A stretch of 64,000 nt of DNA from Tubiluchus corallicola (taxonomy: Eukaryota; Animalia; Priapulida): NCBI GenBank assembly GCA_030141605.1, contig JAQGDQ010000005.1, positions 1,922,180-1,986,179 of the forward strand, read 5' to 3'. Positions 25,968 through 39,943 of this stretch are shown in pieces. A program made the position numbers and the translations under genes. The notes below the pieces were generated by a model, which saw nothing but the letters and a program-made list of their open reading frames with translations, had not been told where the DNA came from and did not search any database. Positions within the stretch are counted from its first letter, which is position 1, and each line of letters begins with the position of its first letter.

Positions 25968-26559
25968 ACTGAAGACAGGATGATTTTTCATATACTTTCA
26001 AGTCCGATAAAAAGTACACATTTAACACAATTAATACTGCAAACGCATTTCTGATAATTAACTGATAGATTAAAAACTTAGTTAATGGTGGGCGAGCTAA
26101 ACTATTGATGACATCGAAAATTAACACAATTTTCAACAGCAAACAGCATTGTTGCACGTGTTTGCAAAAGCGAAAATTGAAGTACAGTGCTACTGCAAGA
26201 TATTCAGTGTGTTGTACTAAAACTAGGTAGGTTTCAAGATAGAAATTCAAATTTAAAATTTACCGCATGAGCATAGTATACCGTATAGTAAATACTATAT
26301 ATTTACACATTTGAACTGAGAGGTACAGCACCTGATTTTTGTGCAATGCGTTTTCGAAAAGCAGGTGCTAGTGCCCGTCTAACTAGCAAATGGCAAAATG
26401 CATGTAATAGCGAAGAACTAGTGACGTGAACACAAAATTGTGTTTGCATGGTAGTAATTCTTTCCCGTAAGTAATTTTTGAAAAAATAGTATGTTTCCTT
26501 TCAGAATTTTAAAGAGCTGAATGTTTTACCTACGCTTTAAGATTGGGTCCGGTTTTGCT
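25968..26559 (+). mobile_element. TTAA-type (Kolobok-like) non-autonomous element, copy A
   Basis: Colinear with 50976-51573: caggatgatttttca..., aacacaattttcaacagca, gtgtttgcaaaagcgaaaattgaagtacagtg, aggtacagcacctg, agtgcccgtctaacta, gattgggtccggttttgct. Confidence 0.75.
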
Positions 26560-27292
26560 TAAAGACTACTATAAGTGGGTATTGTAGAAAGAGCTATAAG
26601 TTTTAGCCATATCACTATAGCCTACAGAATAAGCTTGTTATATAAATAACAACTGCATAAAATTTTAAACTGTAATTCTTTGGAACTTAATATTAAAAGA
26701 CTGGATAAGCCTAAAAGCAGGCGGAGATCTGCTAACACATATATAGCTATATCAAGTTGCTCGATTAAAAGAAAGATGATTTTATAAAAAAAACTTTACA
26801 CTTTTGGATTCTAATGCAGAATAATGATGATGCCTAACTAACTTACAATCCAATGAAGTCTCACTGTTGCACAGTAATGATTAAATAAATTTTCCAGTTT
26901 TAAGGAACTTTTTCCAACTTTTACATCAGAAGAAAATAAACAAGCAATACTTTTCTACATTATGCTACATATGTCCATATATCTGAAAGTTATATGTAAA
27001 AAATAATTTATCAAACAATTTCTTAAGGTAAAAAACTCCTCCAAAACATCCCACTCAAACTATATTAACAATTTTTGGCACACTGGACTCAGAACTGAGT
27101 TTGTTATACTTTACGTTCTCGAATCTGTTAAAATGTCACTGAGATATTTTTACACATAAAAAACAGTGACAGTCAAGACAGGTGAAGCAGTAAAAGACTA
27201 GCTGAATGCAGGGATGCAAGTCACAGCAAGTGTCAAATTACAAAAATAAAAAGACACAATAATAACTCAGACAGTGTGGGTAAACGTTTGTT

Positions 27293-30200
27293 TTATGTGA
27301 TGTTACCAAAAGTTTTTAACTTCTTTTCATAATCTTGCAATTGTTGCACAAATCCATCATTTGGTCTGATTCTAGGACGTCTTGACTTAACATGATCAAA
27401 AGCTTCCTGGAAGGACTTGCAGTGTCCATGTTTCATAAGATATGCAATCACAATGGCTGCAGAGCGAGAGATTCCTGCATTACAATGAACTAAAACACAA
27501 CCGCCATGTGCTGTGGCTTCATCCATGAAAGAGAAACAGTCCTAGAAACGTTTAATGAAGTATCAGTAGTAACTTAAACAAAAAGAAGTTGGTAGTTTAT
27601 TAAAAACTTCTTCTACCATATGAAATCTTTTAATAATACAATGTAAAAACAACTCCAAATAAATTCATAACAAAATATTCAGTATTAATTAATGAAAAAT
27701 CTAAGGTAGAGACTTTTATTAATTAACACTCAATTCAGTTCATTAATGAATCATGATTTTTTTCAGGGTTGTTTTACATGGTACTTGATGTCATTACATA
27801 CAATATAATATAATTTTAGTTCCAAATCCATTTTCCATATGTTACAAAATTTTATTTATGGAGCTGCTACTTAAATGGCCAAGATAGTCAGTGATATAAG
27901 TCACGGGTTCAAATAACAATAAGATTTCGCTTAAAACGCAGAAAGAAGATGTGTAAGGGTCAAAAGCCCATCAACTAAATGGAGCTTTTTACTGCTGAAT
28001 TATATACACATATACAAAATTATATTAAGTAATTGTATGTTGTCTAAAAAATATTCATCTGTGCATTTACTGATTATAATGTTGATGTATTTCTTGGTCC
28101 TGCAATACATGCTGAAACTAAACAAAAAAAAATTATAACATTTGTAAGTCCCAACAATTGTAACCTATCAAGAGTTGTGTATGTAAAGAAGAGGAATGTA
28201 ACAGGCTCATCTAGGAGTAAAAACATCATCAGGAAAATGGCCAAAGCAGATGTCAACAAATGATAGTAACTGATAAGATTGAGGCAATATGATTCATGAG
28301 AATGTGCCACAGCAAGAGTGCTACTATCCGTACACATTAAAAACTGGCCGTTACCTCAAAGTACTGTGTAATATCTTCCGTTGGACGGTCTAACATTTTC
28401 ACATCTTTGTAGAAAAACTCTTCAGGAAAAATATTCTCAACAAGAAATCCTAGATTAAGTATGTGAGTAACATTGTGCTGCTTCAATAATTCTTTAGTAT
28501 GTGCCACATCTTGAGAACCTGTAATAAAACTATTAGTTACTGCTATATAGAATAAGAAAATACAGTTACAGTATAAATGCAATTTCACTGATAAGTGGCA
28601 ACTGAAAAAAATATTGAAGAAAATTCACAAAATTCATGCATAGTTTTGATGTATGCATGTTGCACTTAAAAAACTTTCTGGAGATGGCAAATAAAATAAA
28701 ACAAACTCCCTCATTATTAACTGAACAAATCTTTTTAAATTATTGAAAACCTCCGTTTTAATTACAATTAAATCATGAATAGATGAGGAATCATGAATTC
28801 ATCAATTAAAATCTATAATTCATCGATTATTGTCGAGTTAAGCCGTACAGGCAATTTAGAGAATGCTGTTCAAGTAACGAAGTAGCAGCTCACATTCTGG
28901 ACCCTACTGCAACATAATGTTCTACATTGTTAATGAATAGCAAAAAGTTTTGAAATTCAAAATTGCTAAATTACCTGTGATTACTTTATAAAAAAAGACA
29001 ATCTAGAAATTCATTAATACTTTGTTAAAAAAGGCCAACCTAACAACAGTGAAACCTCGTGAACCAAAAAACACAGAACTGGAACTTTTAGCACAATGAG
29101 AACACTTACTGATTGGATGCAGCCCAATTTGTACTCACCAGATGTAATGGTGTCAAAATGCACAAACTACATTTACAAAAAGATTTTAAGATTTGGATGA
29201 AAATCCCAAAAGGCTCCAGAAGAAGACATTTCAGAATGGTAAGCCACACTGTCTGGTAAGGCAAATTTGAGCAAGGTATTGATTTAAAAGTAAAAGAAGG
29301 AAGACAGCAACTGAGCATTTGTCACAGAAGAATTTGAGTACATTGCTCTTGTTGTTGAGAAGCAGATGAAAACTAAACTCAGATGTTCACTTTTCATTGG
29401 AAAACAATCTCATCCAAGATCCTGAAGCAATTCCCAAAGTGTCTGCTGCTTTTACAATTCGGTTATTCATTTATTATCTTTTCTTGCATGCTGCACATGT
29501 ACATGATAATGTTGTTAGTGATGAAAGCAACCATGCAAGATTGACTCACGAGGTTACACTGTACATTCTGCAACAAAACCCAACGAAAATACAGATCAGA
29601 TAGGTCTACACATAATTTTGATCATGAGACAAAAATATTTTTTAAACAATAACATTGAAGTAATCAAGTAAAAACTGTGTAAATACTAACAACTATAAAA
29701 ACAAAAAATTCTTATTATTGAAGACATTTGATATTTATAAGATAATCAATGATATCATATGATAAAAACTCCTCCCATTTTCAAGAAAAACCTAGTAAAA
29801 ACTGAAGGAGTGATATCAGGGCATTTTTATTTCTTAGCGCCATGCTGCATCTCACCACTAAATGATTTAGCAATCTGAAACTTGTTAGTAGAGTAATTGG
29901 CACATTAATAAAACCTAGTAAGTCCATTTCTTGCAGAAATTTTCAGACAAACCTAGAAGAATCCAATTCATTCAGTCACCAAGCACAGTGCAGTCATCCA
30001 ATTTTCGAGCATACAGGTGAATAGTTACATTGGTTATTCAACCCATTATAGGCGATGTAGTGATATGTGTGACCTTATAACGGTAGTAGTTAGCCCTGGT
30101 CCTTAAAAACAACTTTAAATGTGTATTTCCCTTCTTGTACAGAATGATAAAGCATCTTTTATGATGCTTTTATTCCACATTTTAAGGTAACTTTTCTTGC

Positions 30201-33200
30201 TTCTTGGCAAATGAAAACATTTTTCTTTTTTTATCATAAACTAGCTGAGGTGGACTTATTAGGGATTTTCAGAAAATGGGAAACTCCTCTTACTTTTCTG
30301 ACTGGACAGCGAAATACTTTGACCTCTAAAACTAAGTATGTAAATGGCCGCACAGGTTACTGCACAACTTCGTTAGGCAATTACAAAGAAAATTTCCCTC
30401 GAATGACAGACAAGGAGTTGAATACAACAACATGTCCATCCTTTGAGCAAGAACCTTAACTTTATGCGCTAGGAGTGATCACTCAGCCATTCATCTGCCC
30501 TTTAGTAGGAAATCAGTCTGTGCAAAGCCTGTTGGAAGTTATGCAGTTCACACATAACCTGTGACTCTTAAACTTGTAGATACGAAAGAAACAAGGTCTC
30601 ACTACAAGAAATAAACACTATCATAAGCACGTTCTACTAAATGTACCAGAAATGAGGCTCACTCATGATTCTTTAAACATCATGGTGACAAAGACCTCTT
30701 ACAATGTTCAATTAAATGTTTGAGCATGTTTAAATTTGACCTAGTAAGGCAGTAACTGAGATGGAACCAGGACAAATAATGCTGAATCCTGATTCAAACC
30801 CAAATAATTTGATGGGCATCACTAACATAGGCATTACATTTCTTGTAAAAAAATGATGAATAATGATTTTACCTACAACAACTCCTGGCAACACTTCGCC
30901 AACTTGCAAGTCCTGGCTAACATCACCGACAAAACCCCACTCACCATCACTAATCTTTCTGAAACAAAACATGCTAATGAATGTGAGTAGTAAATTCATG
31001 TTGTAGAGTCACATATCAAAATATAAAACACAATAATACTCTCAGTATAGTGCCATGTGTCAATAGTACTTCCCATGTTCATACGCTATATCAGAATCTA
31101 CAGCACGTTCCAAATTCTCTAATTTAATTAAGAATCTTAACAAAAGTAAAATCAAGGAATGATAAATTAAGTGTGATCAAGCTTAAGAAATTGTCAAAAT
31201 AAAATCGACACGTGTTTAACAGATCCCACAGGACCCACATTCCAGATCTCCAACACAAACAACTGTGCATTATTTTATAACTATCTTAAGTCCAACAAAA
31301 CGAATCATATTGTTACAAAAAGAAAAATTCACTACCTATACTAACAAAGCTAAGTATAGTATGTAGAGCAAATTGCCTTAAAAGAAATTAATCCTAGGGG
31401 ACATATAAGTAAACCCAGGAAAATAAGCATTGTAGTAAAATAAATAAATAGGTATTGTAGTAAAGCAGTAAGTAAATAAAGTAAGTATTGTAATAATTTA
31501 ATATTAAACAATATGTGGAAAGTGAATTAATAATGCACCATAATGCATTACACTTGCTGCTGTAAATGACACACAACAGTTATAAAAGGGATAGTTTACT
31601 GTACTAAATTTCTATAATAATAGATAGATCTGCACCAAGTCAGACACCGTAGAATCTATATCGTAAATTAAAGCATTTTCTTTGTTTTGTTCATTAAAAT
31701 ATAAATGTTAGAACACTTAACATATTCTAGGAGCATGTTTCACATGTTTGAGAAAGCGAAAATTAAAGTACTGTGCCACTGTATGAGATTTAGTGATACG
31801 CTAAAACTCGCAAAATTTCAAGGTAAAAATTCTGAGCTCTTGAATGAGTGCACTACATCATAAACAAACACCTCTGAACTGACAGGTACAGCACATATTT
31901 TTGTGTAATGCTTTTCTTAGATGCAGGCGCTAGTGCCCATCTAACAAACGAATGGCGACATGTATTTAACAGCAAAGAACCAGCACATGAAGGCGAAATT
32001 GCATTTGAGTGGTAATAATTCTCTCACGTAAGTCATTCTTGAAAAATATTAGGTTATTTTTGAATATTTTATAGAGTAGATTGACTTAACTTGCAGTTTG
32101 AGATTGGATCTGGCTTTGCTTTAAATTTATATATAACTTTATGCAAGGATTAGAATTTGCGTAAGTACAATTTTGTATGGGGTGCGCAGTTTAAATCAGA
32201 ATAAAATAAAATAAATTAAATGGCTATGACTGGTGTTTTCGTGGAAGACGAAAACACCGATCATAAAAATTTGATGAGCTGCCAAAAGAGTGAGGGTGAA
32301 TGTTAATATTTTATAATCTGTGGAGCAATTATGTCAAAAATTTTGTCGAAGTTAGCACTCATGGCTATTATAGCTGGTCCTAAATAATAACAACATAAAA
32401 TCTTCATACAGACAAAATAGATAAGAACTTCATACGAAGTTTTTCTGAATCCAACAGGAAAGTTCATAAGAAGTTCTTAAATATTTGTATACGAAAATTC
32501 TTATGAACGTTTCAATGAAGCCTGGCCATGGATAAACTTTCTTTTATTAATAGATCCCAGTTATTGGTAGCTTAGCTTTGGCCACAACGCTGAAATTGTT
32601 AGAATCAGCCTTTGTGGCGAGAGAAACAAGTATGATCGTGACTGAGGAGGACCCTTAGCTTCTTGCCAATTCTAGATGAAATACCCAGTCGTCCACGCAT
32701 TCCTACTTTAAAGTGTCTGGACATCTTGTTATTTTACGTAGCACTGCAGCTGCTACACTGAAATCTGTAAACAGGACCAAGCTATAAGAATGTGGGTATT
32801 TTGTTTTCAACCGACGGTATTGCTAGATTTTAAAATAATGCATAAATGAGTTTGGGGGTAAAGTTGCTTAATCATATGACTGACATTGCTCTTTGCTTGC
32901 AATAAAATTATTTTTTGAAAACACAGACTGTACAGTGTTTTTTTCTGGAAAAAACTTCATTAAAATATTTTTCGAGGGCTAAGTCAATGAACCACATTGG
33001 AAAACTGTTAGAAATTAGAAAGCTTTTTATAGTATTAGCTTTTTTATGAAATTTCAGATACAGATCATATGTTAATGAAATGCAAAAAGCTCTAAATAAT
33101 AAAGCTCAAATCAGATTGCATTTGAACAGTTTGCAAATGAGAGATTCAAAATCAGCATACAGAGCGGTAAGCATATTCTTTCTAAAGACACTTGTAGAGA

Positions 33201-34186
33201 TACTATCCTGATCATAACAAAGCACTATGTCTAAAAAAAGATAAAGAACCATTATTTTCAATATCACACGTAAATTTGATGCAAGGGTGATAAAAGTTTG
33301 AATATTTTGAATATCTAAAAACAGGTGTAAATGTAGAGTTAAAATAGAGCTACAGTGGCAAAACATTAAACTTTAAAGTATGAATGTGTGAACATTTGGG
33401 TATTTAGTCTGGAACTGGCAAGAAACTAAGGGCTCTTTATCAGTCTAGCATTCATGACCATATTTGTATCTCTGGCCACAAGGCGCATTTTAATAATTTC
33501 AGCATTGTGACCAAAGCTATAAGTAACTGGGACCTAGTAATAAAAAACTGCTTATCAATGTACCCACCGTAACAAACCTTCTCTTAATGGGCAAAGTGGT
33601 TCAGTTCCCTGAACTTTGTTTTCAAACAACTAGTTTTACTGTATATCTTTCTCTATACAGGTCTGTTTTACTACATCTGTCACGGCTTTCATGTAGATTT
33701 ATATGTACTGTAAGCTTTGCCTATAAAACTGGTTGCTGTTTGCATATTCTATCACACCGAAGGTGACTGCTGCTTGACTCTGCAGTCGAAATGTTTGGCA
33801 TGATTAATATTTTAAGTTTTTTTTAATAAAACTTGTTTCTTTCAATAATACTGTTGAGTACCCGTATAAATTAACTTTTTTTTAAAATGTATGATTTCAT
33901 TATCATCACCATTATTATCAAATGTGCAGCCAAGTTTTTTGGGCAGCACATGTTTACCTAATTATTTAATATGCAATTGTAATAAATGTAAATTTACACT
34001 AAAAAATAAACTAGTCTAAACAGCTTAATAAAAATAAACTTATTGAAGCTCTGTCAACCTGGTGCTTATTCGTCCTTCATTGTCTATTGTTTCCAATAAT
34101 TTCCTTCCATCTTCTGTTACCACAATGGTGTCAACATGGCGAAGGGTTTTTCGTGAAAATCTGCATAATTCACCACATAGCGACAT
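27293..34186 (-). CDS. DUSP19: Atypical dual-specificity phosphatase, DUSP19-like (208 aa)
   Basis: Exons 34186-34059, 30958-30873, 28518-28355 and 27541-27293, phases 2/1/0. MSLCGELCRFSRKTLRHVDTIVVTEDGRKLLET..GFVGDVSQDLQVGEV..GSQDVAH..VTHILN..MLDRPTEDITQYFE..catalytic VHCNAGISRS..RPRIRPNDGFVQQL. The N-terminus matches the recalled DUSP19 pattern. The first donor (GTTGAC) is weak. Confidence 0.92.
31672..32120 (+). mobile_element. TTAA-type (Kolobok-like) non-autonomous element, copy B, 5' part degraded, in DUSP19 intron 1
   Basis: Shares gaaagcgaaaattaaagtactgtg, aggtacagcac, agtgcccatctaac and gattggatctggctttgct|ttaa with copies A and C. Confidence 0.7.
32528..33560. mobile_element. ~1-kb foldback element with ~190-bp imperfect terminal inverted repeats, in DUSP19 intron 1
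   Basis: 32528-32715 (catggataa..tcccagtta..agctttggccacaacgctgaaatt..cccttagcttcttgcca..aaataccca..tactttaaag) is the reverse complement of ~33370-33560 (ctttaaagta..tgggtattt..tggcaagaaactaaggg..aatttcagcattgtgaccaaagct..taactggga..ttatcaatg). Confidence 0.8.
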
Positions 34187-35032
34187 GAGCAAACTAGCTA
34201 ACACCTACAAATAAAAAAACAGCTTGAAACACTGCAAATATATTAACTGCTCTTAATCGATTAGTACAACTAAACTGTAAGACTAATTATTACTAAATTT
34301 AAACGCTGCAAAGTATACTGTCAACATGAGCTGATTAAATATTCAAATTTAATCCAAGAGCAGAATAAAAATAGCTTGATCGCTTGAAGTCACAAGCTGA
34401 TATTAAAAGCAATTAGCAAGAAATTTTCCTTTGCTCAACATCAATCTTTAATCCATGTCATGATACGGCTTTTTCTGACAGTTTTCTCGAACTTAATTTG
34501 TGTGCTTAGTGAAATCGTCCATAAGTCAGCAATTCATCGCTCTATGTTATATATGTCATAAACTTGAGAAAAACACCGTTGGATAATCGTATGTGTTATA
34601 TTTTGTATTTGTTCTTGTACTTTGATTTTTTTGTAATTGTAATTTTTTGCCATGATACACTGTTGTATTTATGCAATAAAATGAAATTGAATTGTTCACC
34701 ATTGTTTTTGTCACATTTCTACAAAAGAGAAAGCGCTTAGCTGTCACATTTCTACAAAACACTTAGCAACTGTGCGAACGGGTGGTTGCTATGGACTATG
34801 CAAGAGCACATTAAAGTTGGGATTAAATCCAGTAGATGGTTTTCCTGACAAAAATCCGGGCTTGACAATAGAAAAAACCCGAAACAAAATGACTGCTTCC
34901 ACGAGCTTCTATCGGAATTTGATAATACGAGTTCGTGACAATAGAATCACTAGTTTGTAGCCGGAAAAGTTGATAGGGGCTTTTAAAATTCAATTTTTAG
35001 TATTTTTTAAACATTTTCTTGACAATTTGATG

Positions 35033-37300
35033 CTATATATATATATAAAAATTCTTTATTTGTCATTAAAATGGCTCACTCATTATAATAAAATTGAGTA
35101 ATCCTCAGCGTAATGTTAAAATAACAACACTGTTCAAGACAAATGCGTCCAGTGCAGACTAAAAAAAAACTAAAGTGTAAAACTAAGGCCTAATTATATA
35201 CAATAAATGAACATATTTACAAACACAATATTAAAATATTTTTACAAAACAATATTACAAAAAAACATTAAATTTTACAAGATATATTTTACACTATATA
35301 TACATTTAACATGACACAATTAACAGAAACATGTTTTACATTACATAAATTTTTTTTTAATTTTACATTTTTAATCGTTTTATGGAGTTAGGGGCGGGGG
35401 TAGATGAAAATTGAGTCTGTGTAATTAGTATCAGATGCACAATGTGGAAGTTGAAACCTGTTATATTGATATTCTTTTAATTTCTTTTTAAAGTGGTGGA
35501 GAGATTCTATTAGTTTTATTTCACTGGGTAGTAAGTTCCATAAATGTATGGCCTGTTTTGATATAGAGTTATTTCCAAATTTATTGTTTACTGTAATTTG
35601 CTTTAAATTGTGTGTTCTATTGTTTAAAGTGGTATCAGGAATACATGCTAAGGGATTGTTTATAAATGGAATGCTCAGTTTGTTGATATATTTATAAAGA
35701 AATATCAGTGTTTTGTAATCTCGATAGGCTTCTAATATTGGTTTATTTGTGGACGTTCTTAAGCTTGTTGCAGATGCAGCATGTTGTTTAGCAGTTTTAT
35801 TAGAATAGCAATGAATTAATCTAAGTGCGTAGTTTTGCATTGTATTTAGTTTTCTAAAGTTTTTATTCTTAACGTTTTGAAGTAAAGTGCAACCATACAG
35901 ATAATGTGGTAATATTAGACTTTTGTAGATGAGAATTTTTGTTTTCTTGGTCAGATGGCCTCTGGTTTGGCATAAGAATGCCGTGCTTAATGCCATCTTG
36001 TTGTGTATTTGTTGAAACTGTTCATCCCAAGTGAGTTTATTATCGACAGCAATGCCTAAAAATTTTACATTTTTTGCTTGTTCTATGGAACAGTCACCTA
36101 CTATTAGTGTTGCATTAGAAGAAGTAATATCATTTGATTTGGGTGATATTACCATAAATTCTGCCTTATCATCATTCATTTTTAAACCAAAATAGTTAAA
36201 TGCTGCATTTATATTTGTTATGTCTTTTTTTAGATTATTTTTTGATGTTAGAATGTCTGTTTGTGCTGTATAGATAGTTGTATCATCGGCATATTGTGTT
36301 AAGTCTGAATTATGTAAAACTAAATGAATTTTATTAACATATAAACAAAAGAGTAGAGGACCTAATATCGTACTTTGCGGGATGCCTCTCTGTGGTGTGT
36401 CCCATGTTCATAAAGTGTGTTTGTTCAGCTTGACTCTTTGTTTTCTATTGTGGAGGTAATTATTAATTAGTTTGAGAGAAGTATAATCGAATCCTAGTTG
36501 GCGTAAGTTGTCTAGTAGTAAATTGTGATCGAGGCTGTCAAAAGCTTTACTTAGATCTAAAAATGCTGCTGTTATATATTTATTTTTATTTAAGTTATAA
36601 CGCCACTTTTCGGTGGCATCAATTATTGCGTCTATTGTAGAATGTAGTTTTCTAAAACCGAATTGATGATTTGACAGTAACTTATTATTTTCAATGTAAT
36701 GATTTATTTGGTTGTAGATAACTCTTTCAAATATTTTGGCTAGTACATGCACTACTGAAATGGGTCTGTAGTTTTTAGCGTCATCTTTAGCATCTTTCTT
36801 GTGTATTGGAGTTATGTTTGCTTGTTTACACACTGCTGGAAATTCTGAGCGCATTAAGACTTGGTTTGTGATATATGTTAGATGAGGAGTAATGATGCTG
36901 GCACAGTCTTTTAAGATTTTTATTGGCATGTCTGAGGGTCCACTTCCTTTATTTATATTTAAACTGTTTAATATTCTAAAGATGTCGTATTCGGTGACGC
37001 TGGTAAATGAGAAAGTGGAATGTGTTACTGATTGGTTTTTGTACATCTGTGTATATTTGCATTATGTTGGCGTGGCAAGTTGTCAAATTTTCCGAGATTG
37101 ATAAATGTGGAATTTAATTTGTTAGCAATGTCAACTGGATCAGATATCATACTGTCATTTTCTCGTAAGCTATTTATTTGTAATTGATCGTTTCTGTATC
37201 TGTTAAGTACGTCATTAATTAATCGCCATTTTTGCTTAGGTGTAGTTGCATCATTGCATTTATTAATATAATATTTATTTTTGAGTTTCCTGTTGCTAGA
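35033..37300 (-). mobile_element. 5'-truncated, disabled non-LTR retrotransposon (CR1/L2-like reverse transcriptase ORF2)
   Basis: RT motifs KGSGPSD, NYRPISVV, QFGFRKLHST, AAFLDLSKAFDSLDH, GIPQSTILGPLLF, YADD (36293-36282) and KFLGIAVDNKLTW. One frameshift near 37045-37060, an in-frame TGA at 36410-36408, and a stop at 35388. The 3' UTR ends AATAAA plus (TA)n near 35033-35060. Confidence 0.92.
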
Positions 37301-37996
37301 ATATGAAAGTCCAATATATTTAGCATTTGTATTTATAAAAAAACAAAAACTTGATATTTGAGATTTTTTTTGGTGTATTCTATTTTGAAGCATCACAACG
37401 TAGTTTTAACTATGCCAACTTATAGACGGTTTTGGTTTGCAAGCACACATTTGTCATACTATAATGACACCAGTGCATTTTCTTTCATAAAGAAAATGGA
37501 TAGTAATTATCAACTATTTAATTAACTGTTTCGTGCATGTAAATGGCTAAAAGCAGAGATACACATTTGTATCGGGACATATACAGCCTTTTACAGGGAC
37601 ACGCTTTGATTTGCAACAGAGTTCAATATGCAATGTGTATTTTCTGCATTTGACATGTGTACCTACTGTATTTAAAATGTTATTCTGCAAATGTTACGTT
37701 CTATTATTAATGTTCTATTATAGTGTTCTAGAGATAAATAAATTGAAATTGAACTTAATCCGCAATTATAATCGAGATTCGAAACGAAACAATAATTCCA
37801 AAATAACACAAACTATTATAACAGCTATGACACGCAGCTGACATAATTACATTAGGGAAACATATTAGCTGTCCCTATTCACTTGGATTCGGAATTTGGT
37901 CGACACAAACCGTCGTAAAACAGCAGAAAGCGCGGAAACTTCCCGTCCTAACGCCAAAGTTAACGCTCTCAGTTGTTGACAATTTGATTGTCTGAC

Positions 37997-38603
37997 TAGG
38001 GTTGCCACCACTCCTGACTTGGCCAGGAGTCTCCTCAAATTGTTCGTACGAATCTTCTGATTTCGACTATCACATTAAATTTTAAATGGAAATACAACTT
38101 GCATGTTATTGAGACTTTGCAAAAGATTAACCTAAAAATACCACACGAGTTTCTATTAATTAGGGCAATAGCAAACTCATTAAATAAAGTTTAATCGGTT
38201 GTATGGCTTCCTCATTCAGCCCTACATTTTTTGTCAATGCTGCGAAGCAAGTATTCGTCCACTTTAGCTTTTAGCTTTAATAACACAAATTACTTAATAA
38301 TTTGATTGCTAAACCCAGAAACTTCAGAGAACGTGAGAAATGTGATTGGGAAGAACCTCCAAATATTGATATCGATAATCGACTGCTTGTTCTTTTGTAA
38401 GCTTTAGATTTGGGACTTTTTGGTGTCTAAAATCAAGAATTTGTAATACATAGTACTTTGAATTTCTTTGATTTTGGTTTCTGAAAAAGACCTCATAAAA
38501 CATCTAAAGTGCAGGAAGTGTCTGGTATCCGGGACTCTGTCCCAGGCCTCACTGGCCGCCTAGCTAGCTCTTGACTTTGGTTCACGATGATATGGCAACC
38601 CTA
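37997..38603. mobile_element. hAT-like non-autonomous element with perfect 11-bp TIR TAGGGTTGCCA
   Basis: tagggttgcca at 37997 and tggcaacccta ending at 38603. The left flank tgtctgac reappears 6 nt beyond the right end, so the TSD is not clean. Confidence 0.7.
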
Positions 38604-39198
38604 CGCCTTTGTCTGACCTGTCTGGTCTGAGTCATCGTCGTCGATTAGACACCAAAATCCGTGCTAACAGGCCTAGTTGGCTCAATTTAGCCCAAACCTG
38701 GCAGCTTTCATTTAACACACATTTCATCAAAAATAAGCATTAACATTGCGTATACGGGCATTTTGAAGGTGACTACTCTATATATGATACAAGAACAAAC
38801 TTCGCAAATATAATTAATACGACAACAACAATAGCAGCAGCAACAACAATAATAATAAAATTGAATTTGTTATTCTGAATTTTGGAATTATCAAACAAAA
38901 TTTTTACTTTTTACAAGTACTTTGCATAAAGTAGTTTCAAGTTTATTTTATTTATTACAAATAATCCTGAACATGAACATGAATAATCCTCGAAACTGTG
39001 TGAAAAAATTGACATATGGCAAAGTAAGTATAACAGTAATAATTAATAACAAATTAGTCCAAGAAGACCTTGGCATGGCTATATCGCCGCATTTCGCCAA
39101 AATCACCTTGTCAAAAATAAAAACAAAAGGGTCAGATATGAAAAAGGAAGGAAGAGGGATGGTATTAGAAAGAATGGATAATCAATGTGCATACACTT

Positions 39199-39202
<4 letters not shown>

Positions 39203-39252
<50 letters not shown>
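39203..39252. repeat. (TA)n microsatellite
   Basis: About 25 TA units with one interruption. A shorter (TA)n lies at ~2522-2544. Confidence 0.95.
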
Positions 39253-39253
<1 letters not shown>

Positions 39254-39598
39254 CTATTGGTCTACTATACATACATGCACTGCATATTTATTGTCAGAAA
39301 AATTGATGAACAAAAATACCAGCCAAAATAAAAAAAGCGTACTAGCAAAACAAAAAAAATATTATTATAACTAAGCTATAATTATAAACAACATTTTCTT
39401 TGAAGGAACTGCAAAGTATATTGATTATGCTAACAGCTTAATCTCTATTTTCCGAAAGTTTGCTCTATTCCTTTAAAAAGGGAATTAACCCTAAAATATT
39501 CAAAGGCAACACTATTTCCTTTTGGCTTTTTATGCATAAGGCAAATGACCAAATGCGCTATAGCACAAAATTCAAGTTCTAGAAAAGCATGTGACTGT

Positions 39599-39930
39599 GC
39601 ACGTGACGCGCCCAATCCTTGACATTTAACTGGAATCACCAGTCATGACAGCGCGATCTACGCCTCTTTTATAATAATTAGGTAAAATTTAAAGTCAAAA
39701 AAGAAGCTCGCAAGAATTTTGCAAGAAGAACGGTCGGATAAGCGCTTGTAAGTTTTTAATATATAGGGGCAACCTAGTCTCAACTTTTATGAAAACTTTG
39801 TTTTTATTTAGTCAAATGATTAGTGATCGCTGCTTGACTAAGCTGCCACCCGGCTTCAGAAGGTCACTCGATCAATTTTGTCGGTCTGAGAGATTTTCTT
39901 GTTAAAATTTCTCTTTCTCTGTGCATAAAG
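39599..39930 (+). promoter_or_regulatory. Putative PEPCK proximal promoter and 5'-UTR intron
   Basis: CACGTG at 39600-39605 overlapping TGACG at 39604-39608, CCAAT at 39612-39616, TATAAT at 39670-39675. Donor GTAAGT at 39748 and a pyrimidine tract plus AG ending at 39930, 13 nt before the ATG. Confidence 0.4.
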
Positions 39931-39943
39931 CCGTCAACCGAAG

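Noticed and set aside
27860-27925. tRNA-like A/B-box remnants here and near 8960-9040, 13625-13680 and 30430-30500
   Set aside because: No cloverleaf can be formed; at most decayed SINE fragments, too weak to annotate.
29100-29600. Coding-like composition in DUSP19 intron 2 as a nested gene
   Set aside because: Stops in all frames examined and no recognisable motif.
36408-36410. In-frame TGA in the RT frame as selenocysteine or programmed readthrough
   Set aside because: The element is also truncated and frameshifted, so a nonsense mutation is the simpler explanation.
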